DNA of 64,000 bases from Planctomycetaceae bacterium (GCA_007121535.1 SKKK01000168.1:16956-80955); one strand, 5' to 3'; shown: positions 19,028 to 29,060, counted from the stretch's first letter. The notes: generated by a model not told the origin, from the letters alone. A program made the numbers and translations.

Positions 19028-19067
19028 AACGCTCCAACTCGATCCGGGTTGGAGCGTTATTTTTTTT
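19028..19067 (+). terminator. intrinsic terminator
   Basis: AACGCTCCAAC-loop-GTTGGAGCGTT followed by ATTTTTTTT. Confidence 0.8.
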
Positions 19068-19215
19068 CGCAAAGTCGAAAAACGTTGCGACATGAGGCCC
19101 CACTGTCTGGACAAAAACCCCTGAATACCATATAGTCACGGAAGGTCGACGGGGGCCTAAATACTATTCGTCAATGAATGCCTCATTTTGCTTCACTTGA
19201 AGGATTCAATTCGCC

Positions 19216-19674
19216 ATGAGCAACGAACAGACTCGCGATATTCTGGAGCACGCCCGACAGTTTCATCGTCAGGTCAGCGAGTTTTACGACCAACTGAGAT
19301 GTCAGGTTGAAAAAGAACGGATCAAGATGTTGCTCGACTACATGATCCGTCACGAAAAGAACATGGTCAAGGCGTTGGAGGATTTCGAGCGATCTGCGCC
19401 GAAACACCTCTTGGGGGCTTGTTACAAGGTGGGGCGACAGTTTCGACCTTGCTCGGACGTCGTCCGCGATATGAAGATCTCCTCGGACATGTCTGTCGAC
19501 GAGGTGATCGGGATGGGGCTGGAATTCAACGACTGTCTGATCGCCGTCTACAAGGACCGTGCCGAGAGTGCCCCGGACGAGAGAGTTCGCGGTGTGTTTC
19601 AGAATTTGGTCGCGCTTGCGCAAAAGGAGCAGCGGTTGTTATCGCGGGACGCGCAGCGCTTGCAAGACCTTTGA
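19216..19674 (+). CDS. hypothetical helical protein
   Basis: 152-aa ORF with clean coding composition (MSNEQTRDILEHARQFHRQVSEFYDQL...). No family recognised. Confidence 0.7.
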   Translation: MSNEQTRDILEHARQFHRQVSEFYDQLRCQVEKERIKMLLDYMIRHEKNMVKALEDFERSAPKHLLGACYKVGRQFRPCSDVVRDMKISSDMSVDEVIGMGLEFNDCLIAVYKDRAESAPDERVRGVFQNLVALAQKEQRLLSRDAQRLQDL

Positions 19675-19715
19675 CCGGGCGTCGCAGCCCTGAAGATCAG
19701 GGCCGTGACGCACAG

Positions 19716-19808
19716 GCACCGTTCGGCGCGGGTCTCTGCGCCCGCCCGAACCCGCCACTGTTCGGCGCCGGTCTCTGACCCCGCCGGAACCGCCGACCGT
19801 AGGTCTGC
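19716..19808. repeat. ~39-nt tandem hairpin repeat (about 2.3 units) between convergent genes
   Basis: CACCGTTCGGCGCGGGTCTCTGCGCCCGCCCGAACCCGC / CACTGTTCGGCGCCGGTCTCTGACCCCGCCGGAACCGCC / GACCGTAGGTCTGCC. Each unit is self-complementary (GTTCGG...CCGAAC). Confidence 0.65.
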
Positions 19809-19844
19809 CAAGCACGTTTTGCCAAAAACTGTTATTCCGGCGGG

Positions 19845-21449
19845 TCAATCGAGGAACCCGACCAGTTCCTGGCTTCTGCTGGGTTGCTGCAGTTTGCGAA
19901 CCGCCTTGGCCTCGATCTGCCGGATCCGTTCGCGGGTCACCCGGAAAATATGTCCGACTTCTTCGAGCGTGTAGCTGTAGCCGTCGCCCAGACCATAGCG
20001 GAGCTTGATGATTTCGCGTTCGCGATAACTGAGCGACTTCAGCACGCGATCGATCCGCGAGCGCAACATTTCTTGCGATGCGCCGTTTGAGGGGCTATCT
20101 GCCGAGACATCGGGCAGCAAATCGCCAAAGTGGCTGTCTTCACTGTTGCCGACGGGACGGTCCAAGCTGATCGGATACCGACTCATCGCCAAGACGCGTC
20201 TGGCTTCTTCCAGCGTGGTTTCGGCGCCCCGTGCCACCTCTTCCAACGTGGGGTCACGTCCCTTTTCTTGCAGCAATTGCCGCGAAACATTGCGGACGCG
20301 TGACATGGTTTCCACCATATGCACCGGGATCCGAATGGTTCGACTCTGATCGGCTACGGCGCGGGTGATCGCCTGGCGAATCCACCAGGTGGCGTAGGTG
20401 CAGAACTTGAATCCGCGACGGTACTCGAATTTATCCACCGCCCGCATTAGCCCCGCGTTGCCCTCTTGGATCAAATCCAGAAAACTCAGGCCGCGATTCC
20501 GATACTTCTTGGCAATCGAGACGACCAGCCGCAGATTCCCTTCGGACAACTCGCGCTTGGCCTGCTGGTACTCGGAATAGATGACCTTCAGGTATTGCAC
20601 GCGGTTTGCCAAACTGGCCGGAGTCTCCTGAGTGGCTACCAGGATGCTTCGCAGTTCGTTGGTCCAAGCCTCGCGGTCGGCAGCCGACTTGCGATCGCGC
20701 TTGGCGTTCATAAGCTTGGTACGCAGTTCTTGGATGCGTTCGGAAAAACTCTCCAACACCGGGATCAGTTGCTCGAATTTCTGGGTTCGCAAGCCAAGCT
20801 CTTCAATCAATCGGACGGCCCGTCTTCGGCGTCGCGACAACTGGCGCCAAGCATCTTGGCGGCGTTTCTTGGGAAAAGATGTTCCCAGGGCCACCCGATA
20901 GTCGTGACGATTTCGCTGCAATAATACTTCGATCGTCCTCAGGTTGTGAGGGATGCGTCCCAGGATTTGGTCCTTCTCCAAGCGATCGGTCACCGAAACC
21001 TGCACCGTTCGGTCGAATGGCAATTCGCCTTCGAAGACTCGCTTCAACTGTTTGAAGGCGATCTGCATCACGTAATCGCACTCCAACAGCTTGGTGCGGA
21101 ATTTGCGTCGAGTCACCTCGATCCTGCGAGCCAACCGGATCTCTTCCTGCCGAGTCAGTAGCGGGATCTCGCCCATTTGGGTTAGATACATGCGGACCGG
21201 GTCGTCGGACCACGATTCGGTGTCCCCCAACGCGATCAGCAGATCGTCTTCCTCTTTGGGCTTCTCCGAGTCGGAATCACCATCGGCCGTACCGTCGCTC
21301 AAATCCTCGTCGTCTTCGTCATCCTCATTTTCATCAACATCGGTCAAAGCAAGAGTTTGCAGACCCTCCTCGTCATCGGTTGTTCGCGTCGAATCATCAT
21401 CAAAATCGTCTAAAATCGCGTCGTACAAGGCAGTACTCCTCACCAACAC
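19845..21449 (-). CDS. rpoD: RNA polymerase sigma factor RpoD (sigma-70)
   Basis: Acidic N-terminus; [18 protein letters not shown] (region 2.3/2.4); [15 protein letters not shown]...[23 protein letters not shown] (region 4.2). Confidence 0.95.
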   Translation of the reverse strand: MLVRSTALYDAILDDFDDDSTRTTDDEEGLQTLALTDVDENEDDEDDEDLSDGTADGDSDSEKPKEEDDLLIALGDTESWSDDPVRMYLTQMGEIPLLTRQEEIRLARRIEVTRRKFRTKLLECDYVMQIAFKQLKRVFEGELPFDRTVQVSVTDRLEKDQILGRIPHNLRTIEVLLQRNRHDYRVALGTSFPKKRRQDAWRQLSRRRRRAVRLIEELGLRTQKFEQLIPVLESFSERIQELRTKLMNAKRDRKSAADREAWTNELRSILVATQETPASLANRVQYLKVIYSEYQQAKRELSEGNLRLVVSIAKKYRNRGLSFLDLIQEGNAGLMRAVDKFEYRRGFKFCTYATWWIRQAITRAVADQSRTIRIPVHMVETMSRVRNVSRQLLQEKGRDPTLEEVARGAETTLEEARRVLAMSRYPISLDRPVGNSEDSHFGDLLPDVSADSPSNGASQEMLRSRIDRVLKSLSYREREIIKLRYGLGDGYSYTLEEVGHIFRVTRERIRQIEAKAVRKLQQPSRSQELVGFLD

Positions 21450-22036
21450 TCCGTCTGGGGATTTGGGAAAGTGCCGTTGCCAACCGGCAATCTGTCAGGC
21501 GGTGGTCCACGGCTGTCTGCAACCTGACCGACAAGCAATTCTACCACCAACAGCAGGGCTGTTTCGGGCAACGTCCCAAATGGTAAAAAATTGCAATCAG
21601 TCAGATGGAAACGCCGGCTCGCAGACATCCTAGCCTTCTCAGTTTGCCAGTCGGGAAGAATCACCAACACGCTGGCGAACTTCGAGCAAATTCGCATGCC
21701 GACTTTATGGGGTGGTCCGGAATGCTGAAAAGCACAAGTGGTGCGAATTATTGCTCTGGCGTGCAAGGTGCTAAACCAATTCTAACTAAGCGGCGGGTCG
21801 GGTCTAGTGGTTCGCTTCACCAAAACGTCAAACTATTTTCGCAAGCGGCTAGCGTTCTGGCAACCATTTTTTTTCCCGGCCACCAAAAATCCTTGACAAA
21901 AAGATCATGAACAACGGATAACGTGCGGTGTTTCGTCCTCAAATGCCGGTCCGCTTTCATTTTACTTACAGTACGGCCTCAACCCGCCATGCCTCAAAGT
22001 TCGCAGAATGGGTGGCTGACTCGGACGGTCAGCTTG

Positions 22037-22045
22037 TGCTAATAT
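22037..22045 (+). promoter_or_regulatory. possible extended -10 element (TGcTAATAT) upstream of 22170 gene
   Basis: Sequence match only. A TTGACA at 21893-21898, with GATAAC 17-18 nt downstream, is a second candidate. Confidence 0.25.
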
Positions 22046-22169
22046 GAAACAGGGTGTTCCGCTCGTATAGGCTGAACCCGCGTGCCTGCCCAAAGAATTA
22101 CCCTAAAGGAATATTTTTTTGTTCTAAAAGTGGGTCTTCAACCTCCACTTCAGGTCCAAGAGTCCATTC

Positions 22170-23150
22170 ATGAGCATCCCCGTAGCTTGCAAGTGCGGTC
22201 AGCAGTTCATGGCTCAGCCCCACTTGGCTGGCAAGCAAGTCGCTTGCCCTAGCTGTGGTAGCCCGCTGACCATCCCCTCGACAGATGACAAATCTGCGGT
22301 TGCCAAGTCCGAACCTGGGGAAACCGTGGTGTCTTGCCAATGTGGTCAGAGCTTCAAGGCGGCGCCACATCTGTTCGGTAAGCGCGTTGCTTGCCCGAGT
22401 TGCGGTCAGCCGATCGATATCCCCGGGGGCCGTCCTCCACAGAGTTCCCGACCCAAGCAGGCTTCGTCATCGGCTGCGCCAAAGGCGAAGCGCGTTGCTA
22501 AAGCCTCGACTGCCAAACCACGCTCGACAACCCCCGACTCGAAAGCCACTCAACCCCTTGCGGGGGAAACCACCGAACCGGATTCTGCTCTGGAGTGGGA
22601 CGATGCCCTGGCGATGCCCGCCGACACCGCCCCCCTGGATTCGCTGGGAACTGGACCCGTCTCCATGCCTCGCCGATCCGTCCCCGAACCCATCGAGCCG
22701 ATGACAATGTACGCGATCTGGATCGGTGGCGGTGCTGTCGTGCTGCTGATCCTGGTGATCCTGGGCCATATCGCATGGAATGCTTATTCCGCCCGACAGC
22801 GTCCTGAATCGGCCGAACCGGTATCAACCGATGTGGAAGAAGAAGGGGAAGTGGAATCACCACCGGCCGAACCACCGGCCGAACCGGCGGCAGAACAACC
22901 CGCAGAAGAACCGGCTGCTAAAGCCGCACCCGTATCACCCGCCCTTTTGAAAGAGGCTTCTGGAGTGGTCGCGTCAATCGCGATCCCGACAAGCAACCAA
23001 CCAGGCGTTTCTTGGCGGAATCAAACGAGTAAGATGGACATTCCTGTCCGTCATTTGCCGCACGACGCACTAAGGATGTCCATCGTACATTGTGCAAAGA
23101 AACGCCAGGCCGGGTGCTTAGCTAGCTTCAGCAACCCCGCCAACGGGTGA
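22170..23150 (+). CDS. membrane protein with two N-terminal zinc-ribbon modules (paralog of 11379-12464)
   Basis: MSIPVACKCGQQFMAQPHLAGKQVACPSCGSPLTIP and VVSCQCGQSFKAAPHLFGKRVACPSCGQPIDIP. Then a low-complexity linker, a TM helix and a PAEPPAEPAAEQPAEEP tract. Confidence 0.75.
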   Translation: MSIPVACKCGQQFMAQPHLAGKQVACPSCGSPLTIPSTDDKSAVAKSEPGETVVSCQCGQSFKAAPHLFGKRVACPSCGQPIDIPGGRPPQSSRPKQASSSAAPKAKRVAKASTAKPRSTTPDSKATQPLAGETTEPDSALEWDDALAMPADTAPLDSLGTGPVSMPRRSVPEPIEPMTMYAIWIGGGAVVLLILVILGHIAWNAYSARQRPESAEPVSTDVEEEGEVESPPAEPPAEPAAEQPAEEPAAKAAPVSPALLKEASGVVASIAIPTSNQPGVSWRNQTSKMDIPVRHLPHDALRMSIVHCAKKRQAGCLASFSNPANG

Positions 23151-24551
23151 ATAGCGGGTTTTTTCCACCAGACCGAAGCGGTGCAACTTCTTGTAGAGGG
23201 CGGTGCGGCTGATTCCCAAAGCGCGGGCCGTCGCCGCCCGATTATGGTTGTGGGCTCGTAGCGTTTCCATCAAAAACTCCCGTTCGGAACAAGCCAGTCG
23301 GCGATTGAGATTCCATCCAGCAGGTCGGCGCCCCGGTGGCTTGGGCTCGCTTTCAGGTTCCGCCTCGCCCGCTTCGGTCCGCAAATCGAGGGATAACGAA
23401 TCCGTCGTCAACACGCTATCTTTGCTCAGCAAGACCGCTCGCCGCATCTGATTCAATAATTCGCGAATGTTCCCGGGCCAATGATATCGCTTCAACAACG
23501 CGGCGAAATCGGACGACATGTGCGTGATGGGGATGCCGTGACGCTGACAGGTATCGTCGATAAACTGGGCAGCCAGGGGAACAATGTCTGCCGGACGCTG
23601 CCGAAGCGGTGGTAGATGGAATTCCAGGACGTTCAAGCGATAGTACAAGTCGGCGCGAAACTGATGCCGCTCGGCCAGACGCTTCAAATCAACGTTCGAA
23701 GCGACGATCAGCCGGACATCGGCCGTTTTCGTGTCCGTCGAACCGACGGGCTCGTATTTCCCCGTCTCGATGACATGCAGCAGCCGGGACTGTTCTTTCG
23801 CCCCCAGCACGTCGATCTCGTCCAGCAGCAATGTCCCGCCGCGAGCCGCTTCGAAACGGCCGACGGACGATCGCACGGCCGACGTGAACGCGCCGCGAAC
23901 ATGCCCAAACAACTCGCTTTCAATCAAGTCGGGTGGCAACGCGCCACACGCCGTAGAAAAGAAAGGTCCCGAACGCCGCTCGGACAGTTCGTGAATCAAA
24001 CGCGCCAAGTAACTCTTGCCCGTGCCCGTTTCACCGGTCAGCAACAACGTGACATCGCGGGCAGCAACTCGCTCCAACTGACCGAGTAGTGGAAACATGG
24101 CTGCCGATTGCGTTGTGAAGGACCAACCATTGGCAGCCAGCGCCCGCTGTTCGATGCTGTCGATCGGCGATACCAGACCATCCTCGTCGACCGTTAGCAA
24201 ACGCCGCAACGTCTCGGGGCAGACGGGTGTCGGGACACAACCTGCCACCAATTGGTCCAGCCAACGCCAAACGGCTCTCGGATAGCCAAGATCCGTGATG
24301 ACGAGCACCTTCACACAAACGTGATGGCTCAGACCATGCAAGTGCTCGAACAAGACTTCGGTTTCCGATGAGCCAGCCGGATCGCGAAGATCCAAAAGCA
24401 CCGTCCCATCCAACCCCTTGCGAAGCATCGTCATAACATCGGCCGCTCGTTCGACCTGCCGGACGGAAACCTCGTTCGAAAAAGCCGCGAGGATCGTGTC
24501 CAAAGCGTTGCGAAGCGTTTCATCCGGACTGATGATCAATATATTGCTCAT
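23118..24551 (-). CDS. sigma-54-dependent Fis-family transcriptional activator (REC-like + AAA+ + HTH)
   Basis: GETGTGKSYLARLIHELS (Walker A), ESELFGHVRGAFT (GAFTGA-like), LLDEIDVL (Walker B), C-terminal AATARALGISRTALYKKL HTH. Start taken at MSNILIISPDE. Confidence 0.9.
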   Translation of the reverse strand: MSNILIISPDETLRNALDTILAAFSNEVSVRQVERAADVMTMLRKGLDGTVLLDLRDPAGSSETEVLFEHLHGLSHHVCVKVLVITDLGYPRAVWRWLDQLVAGCVPTPVCPETLRRLLTVDEDGLVSPIDSIEQRALAANGWSFTTQSAAMFPLLGQLERVAARDVTLLLTGETGTGKSYLARLIHELSERRSGPFFSTACGALPPDLIESELFGHVRGAFTSAVRSSVGRFEAARGGTLLLDEIDVLGAKEQSRLLHVIETGKYEPVGSTDTKTADVRLIVASNVDLKRLAERHQFRADLYYRLNVLEFHLPPLRQRPADIVPLAAQFIDDTCQRHGIPITHMSSDFAALLKRYHWPGNIRELLNQMRRAVLLSKDSVLTTDSLSLDLRTEAGEAEPESEPKPPGRRPAGWNLNRRLACSEREFLMETLRAHNHNRAATARALGISRTALYKKLHRFGLVEKTRYSPVGGVAEAS

Positions 24552-24845
24552 GCAAATCCTAACCTCGGTCATCGTGCAACCCGGAAGAGCATCCCCCCTC
24601 ATCCCCAGACTGCCAACGTCATCTTGCGCCAACGTCCACCGATCGTTACACAGGTGCCCGCCCCACGCATCACCTTTTATTAAGGTTAGATGAAATGCGA
24701 ATTATAGTCAATGTGCGTTGACTGCGCAATTTGCGTCTGGCGGGCTGCAAAGCGAGCGACAAGATGTTAGCATTCGGTTGATGGTACTCTTGCACGCGTG
24801 TAATTGACGGATCAGAAGAATAGATACTATTTTCACCACGAGAAC

Positions 24846-25520
24846 ATGAACGTCCTGACGTTAGAAACCTCTTGTCGAAACGCATCGGTCGCCGTCTTGG
24901 ACGGAGACCGCTTGCTGAGTCACTGCGAATTTGGTGCAAATCGACGAACGGCACAGGTATTTGCAACCGAAATAGCGGGACAATTATCTGCCGTCGGTTG
25001 GGTGCCCGGTGATTTGGAATTGATCGTCGTATCGCAAGGCCCCGGTTCATTCACGGGTTTGCGCGTCGGGGTCACGGCTGCCAAAACATTGGCGTATGCG
25101 ACCGGGGCAGCGGTGCTGGGGGTGAACACCCAGCATGTCATCGCTTATCAAGCCGAGGGCGATTGGGAAGCGATCACGGTGGTGGGCGATGCTGGCCGGC
25201 AGCAGTTGTTTGTCGATCGATTTCGAAGAAGCGACGATCGTTTGCAGCCAACTTGCTCGCCGAAAATCGTCGATGCCCCCGCATGGCTGCAGTCGCTAGA
25301 AGCTGGTCAATGGGTAACGGGGCCGGGACTTTCGAAACGTTTGGACCAGTTGCCAGCCGGGGTCCGGTCCACCCCTTCCGCTGAATGGTTGCCACGCGCC
25401 GCAACGCTCGGGCGCCTTGGATACCTGGAATACCAGGCGGGTCGACGTGACAGCTTGTGGAATTTGAAGCCCATTTACTATCGTCCCAGCGCGGCCGAGG
25501 AAAAATTGGCGGAGCGGTAG
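24846..25520 (+). CDS. tsaB: tRNA threonylcarbamoyladenosine biosynthesis protein TsaB
   Basis: MNVLTLETSCRNASVAVL...GPGSFTGLRVGVTAAKTLAYA. Confidence 0.9.
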   Translation: MNVLTLETSCRNASVAVLDGDRLLSHCEFGANRRTAQVFATEIAGQLSAVGWVPGDLELIVVSQGPGSFTGLRVGVTAAKTLAYATGAAVLGVNTQHVIAYQAEGDWEAITVVGDAGRQQLFVDRFRRSDDRLQPTCSPKIVDAPAWLQSLEAGQWVTGPGLSKRLDQLPAGVRSTPSAEWLPRAATLGRLGYLEYQAGRRDSLWNLKPIYYRPSAAEEKLAER

Positions 25521-25581
25521 GCATCCGCAGGGAATAATCTTCCCGCAGCGCTGTGGCCGGTCTCTGACCGAGCCATCCCGC

Positions 25582-25622
25582 CCGACCGAAGGTCTCCAAT
25601 ATCGCGGGAGACCTTTGGTCGG
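25582..25622. terminator. 16-bp hairpin between convergent genes (no U-tract)
   Basis: CCGACCGAAGGTCTCC-9 nt-GGAGACCTTTGGTCGG. Preceded by CCGGTCTCTGACC, which is shared with 19716-19808. Confidence 0.5.
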
Positions 25623-25682
25623 CGGTTTCGGCGGGGTCAAAGACCCTCGCCGAACACGTTAGACTCTTCCTTGCGAGTTGCC

Positions 25683-27872
25683 TTAGTCGCCGGGAACTCG
25701 TTGCTTTCGCAACCGTCGTTCGTTGGCAGCTCGATCGTTGGCAGGCTGCTGGGGAACCCACCAGAGCGAACGCCAGTAGGCTTGGTCGATCGCGTACGCA
25801 TCAAAGCTATCGAAGTCCTGTTCCGATTCGGGCGGCAAGATGCCGTAGCGCCGCATTTCGCGAAGGTACAAGAGGCTGGGTTGATCGGGCGTGCCGCCAT
25901 CCATCACGGCATAGGTGCCATTGGCGGCGGCTCCGGAATCGAGCCACAAGCGAATGATGGCCATCTGCTCCGGCGACGCTCTTACCTCCTGATGGCTGCC
26001 ATCGAAACGAGACAGGAACTTGCTGCCCGAGCTGCCCATCGTACGCGGCGGGCGATTGCCGTGGGCGTTGCGTCCATCCGCCACCTCGCCCAATCGATTG
26101 ACCAGCGCCGCATAGCTGCTCAGCAATTGGCCTCGACCGTGGGACGGCTGGCTTCGGTTGGCATCCAGACGCAAATTCCCCTCTGCCCGCTCGGCGTGAT
26201 GGCATTCGATGCAATGGGTGTCCAGGATCGGTTGGACATGGCGTCGAAAATCGACGATTTCCGGAATGCCTGCCAGCGGCTGGATGTGACTAGGGCGCCG
26301 CCGCATCGCCAGCGGAGGACCGTGGGCCCGATTCTCCGGTGCATTGATCCGCGACTCGTGACAGCCCACGCAACTGGTTGTCTCTCCCGGCTGAAGCGTG
26401 ACGAAACTCTGCATGTTCTGGACGGACAGATCATGCTGGTCCAAGGCAACGAAAAACAGGCTGCGCGACGCCGGAGCCTCGAAATGCGCCGAACCATCGG
26501 CTTCGACGGGTACGGTCCCCAGGATCCGCGTCAGCGTGAAGGTGCCCCACAGGCTGATCCCGTCGAATCCCGGACTGTTGTGAAACGGGCCGGGAAGATC
26601 CTCCAGCACCAGCAGCTTTTTCACCTCGCCTTCGGCAACGCCTTCCATGTTGCGGCCGCGAGTCACATCCGCCAGGAACAGCGTCCCCGTCTCGCGTGCC
26701 AGATCGCTACGCTTCGGAACCAGCCGCTCGCGCTCGCGGGCCACCAACGGCACCGGTTCCTGCAGCATCATTTCCGGCGGCAAGTCGTTCAAAGCATGCA
26801 AGAGCCGCGTCCGGCCCTGATCGTCCATCAAGTGCAGCTCCCGGCCGCGTGCCACAAGCCACGCGGACGAGGACACGGGCCACGGATCCCGCCAATTGCC
26901 CGCAGGATGAACGCGACGTGCCGAAGGCTGGTCGTCGGGGCCTTTTCGCGGGTCGACGATCGTGACATGACCCTCGTGCTCGCGGCGCCCGTGCCCGGGG
27001 GAAAAAATGGCGACGACCTTCCGAGTCTCCGGGATGGGGCGGGCGCCCAGCATGGCGACTGCGCCGGGAACGTTTTGATAACGGACGACGTTTCCGTCTT
27101 GACTCTCCAAATGATAAGGCATCCCCGTGGGGTGCATGTTGCCATAAAACGTCATGACTCCCGTACCGTCGGGATTCATGGTCCACAGGTGGTGATAACA
27201 CAACTGACTTCGATGAACGTATTCCCAGCGCGTGTACAAGATGCGACCGTCGGGCAAAACCGCAGGCGTGTTCTCCATCGCGGCATTGCTGCTTAACGGT
27301 CGCAGATTGGTGCCGTCGGCATCGCATCGATACATTACAGCCACCGGGGTCTTCCAGCACATCACCCAGCGATTGCATCGAGTCGAGCAGAAGGCGATGC
27401 CTCCGTCCGGCAAATAGATCGGTTCGACGTCATCGAAGGGACCGTCGGTCAACTGCCGCAGCCCGCTGCCGTCCCGTTGGATCTCGTACAGATGATGATG
27501 ATCGCTGCCCCCTTTGCGATACGAAAACAGAATCGTCTGCCCGTCGTAGTGCACCACCGGATCGCGGATCCCGCCTTCATCGTCCAGCAACAGCGGGGTC
27601 AACTCGCCCGAACGCAGGCTCAAACGCCACAGCCCGCTGCCGCCCAGCGGGTACACCTTCTGCTCGGGATCAAAGCAGTAGTACCCGAAGTTCGCGTAGT
27701 AGTGACCATCGGGTCCGTAGGCCCGAGTGGCAAAAACGACTTCATCCAGATCTTTCGGAATGTCTGGTACCGCACGCTGTTCCGCCCCGATGACGCAACC
27801 AACGCCCAGTTGGTTCAGAAAGAACGTTGTCCAGACCACGGCATGGATCAGCGATAGACGACAAAAGGTCAT
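25683..27872 (-). CDS. secreted PD40/TolB-like beta-propeller protein with two CxxCH motifs (PSCyt-like)
   Basis: Signal peptide from ATG 27872 with a GGAGG RBS. SCVGCHESR and FRRHVQPILDTHCIECHH. Shares blocks with the 60344-63724 product. Confidence 0.8.
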   Translation of the reverse strand: MTFCRLSLIHAVVWTTFFLNQLGVGCVIGAEQRAVPDIPKDLDEVVFATRAYGPDGHYYANFGYYCFDPEQKVYPLGGSGLWRLSLRSGELTPLLLDDEGGIRDPVVHYDGQTILFSYRKGGSDHHHLYEIQRDGSGLRQLTDGPFDDVEPIYLPDGGIAFCSTRCNRWVMCWKTPVAVMYRCDADGTNLRPLSSNAAMENTPAVLPDGRILYTRWEYVHRSQLCYHHLWTMNPDGTGVMTFYGNMHPTGMPYHLESQDGNVVRYQNVPGAVAMLGARPIPETRKVVAIFSPGHGRREHEGHVTIVDPRKGPDDQPSARRVHPAGNWRDPWPVSSSAWLVARGRELHLMDDQGRTRLLHALNDLPPEMMLQEPVPLVARERERLVPKRSDLARETGTLFLADVTRGRNMEGVAEGEVKKLLVLEDLPGPFHNSPGFDGISLWGTFTLTRILGTVPVEADGSAHFEAPASRSLFFVALDQHDLSVQNMQSFVTLQPGETTSCVGCHESRINAPENRAHGPPLAMRRRPSHIQPLAGIPEIVDFRRHVQPILDTHCIECHHAERAEGNLRLDANRSQPSHGRGQLLSSYAALVNRLGEVADGRNAHGNRPPRTMGSSGSKFLSRFDGSHQEVRASPEQMAIIRLWLDSGAAANGTYAVMDGGTPDQPSLLYLREMRRYGILPPESEQDFDSFDAYAIDQAYWRSLWWVPQQPANDRAANERRLRKQRVPGD

Positions 27873-28111
27873 GGTGTTCGATCCTCCCTCACTTCCGTGT
27901 CGGCGTTTTCCCACTTGGATAATTCGACCTTTTTCCATTTTGTCCCGCAAGCAGCCCTGAAAACAACCCCCCCCGGATCGCGATCCGAGTTGTTGTCGTG
28001 GACGTCATGCCGGCTTGACGGTGCGATGCTTCGCGATCACAGTAGAGGGCGGGCGACAGCGGGGGATGATGGATTCCACTTCGATGCCATGCAAGCAAGG
28101 GAGAACAGAAG

Positions 28112-28897
28112 ATGCGACGACGGGAGTTTTTAGCGGTTTCCAGTGCGATGGGCGCCTTGCCCCTGACTCGAACCATCGTGCAGGCTCAGCAGCCACACGG
28201 TCATCAGCGCGATTATTACGAGCTGCGCACGTATCAGTTGGAGACCAAGGAGCAGCGCGAGGCTTTTGACCATTTCGCTACGGAAGCAGCGATCCCCGCG
28301 CTGAATCGTTTGGACGTTTCACCGGTAGGCGTCTTTTACCCGTTGGAAGAACTCGGCCCCGCCTATGTTCTGCTGACCCATCCGTCGATCGAGTCGGTCG
28401 CCACGCTCACCCAGCGGCTGGCGAATGATGATGAGTTTCTACAACGAGGTGCCGAATGGTTGGATGCACCTGCCGCTCGACCCGCCTACCAACGCATGGA
28501 GAGTTCGTTGTTCTTGGCCTTCGCGGGAATGCCTCACGTGGAGACGCCCGTCGAATCGCCTGGTCGCGTGTTCCAGTTGCGGATTTACGAAAGTCCCAGT
28601 GTCAAGACGGGCCAAAAGAAGATCGAGATGTTCAACGATGCGGGCGAAATCGCCATCTTTCGCCGTGTTGGCTTGAATCCCGTCTTCTTTGGCGAAGCGC
28701 TCGTGGGATCGAAGATGCCCAACCTGACCTATATGCTGGGCTTCGAGAGCGATGACGAACGGGCTGCAGCCTGGAAGCGATTCGGAGCAGACCCCGAATG
28801 GCAAACGCTGCGCGCGATGGAAGAATACGCTGACGAAAAGATCTTGAGCGGGATCACCAACCTGATGCTCAAACCGGCGCCTTACTCGCAAATCTAA
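28112..28897 (+). CDS. NIPSNAP family protein with Tat signal
   Basis: MRRREFLAVSSAMGALPL; YYELRTYQL and FQLRIYES duplicated NIPSNAP cores. Confidence 0.8.
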   Translation: MRRREFLAVSSAMGALPLTRTIVQAQQPHGHQRDYYELRTYQLETKEQREAFDHFATEAAIPALNRLDVSPVGVFYPLEELGPAYVLLTHPSIESVATLTQRLANDDEFLQRGAEWLDAPAARPAYQRMESSLFLAFAGMPHVETPVESPGRVFQLRIYESPSVKTGQKKIEMFNDAGEIAIFRRVGLNPVFFGEALVGSKMPNLTYMLGFESDDERAAAWKRFGADPEWQTLRAMEEYADEKILSGITNLMLKPAPYSQI

Positions 28898-28939
28898 GGA
28901 TCGGCAAAGAGATCAGCGCCGGATTTCGTGAAGTGGTAC

Positions 28940-29060
28940 CCAGCGCGAACGGGGTCGGGCGTCGTTTTCGGGCAACGACCAACCACATGGTACATACTTC
29001 ATCCGAAAGCGACTCCCGACCCCTTCCCGCAAAACGCGACAGTAGTTCATTTACCGATCC
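28940..29060 (+). repeat. ~125-nt hairpin element, full copy
   Basis: Arms GGGGTCGGGCGTCGTTTTCGGGCAA (28951-28975) and ATCCGAAAGCGACTCCCGACCCC (29001-29023). Tail ..AAAACGCGACAGTAGTTCATTTACCGATCC. Confidence 0.8.

Noticed and set aside
21450-22169. tRNA, tmRNA or 6S RNA in the long rpoD upstream region
   Set aside because: No T-loop (GGTTCRANYCC), acceptor-stem or other recognisable RNA-family signature was found by eye. A covariance-model scan would be needed to exclude one.
25671-27296. 541-aa plus-strand ORF
   Set aside because: Antisense to the PD40/CxxCH protein gene. Shadow ORF composition.
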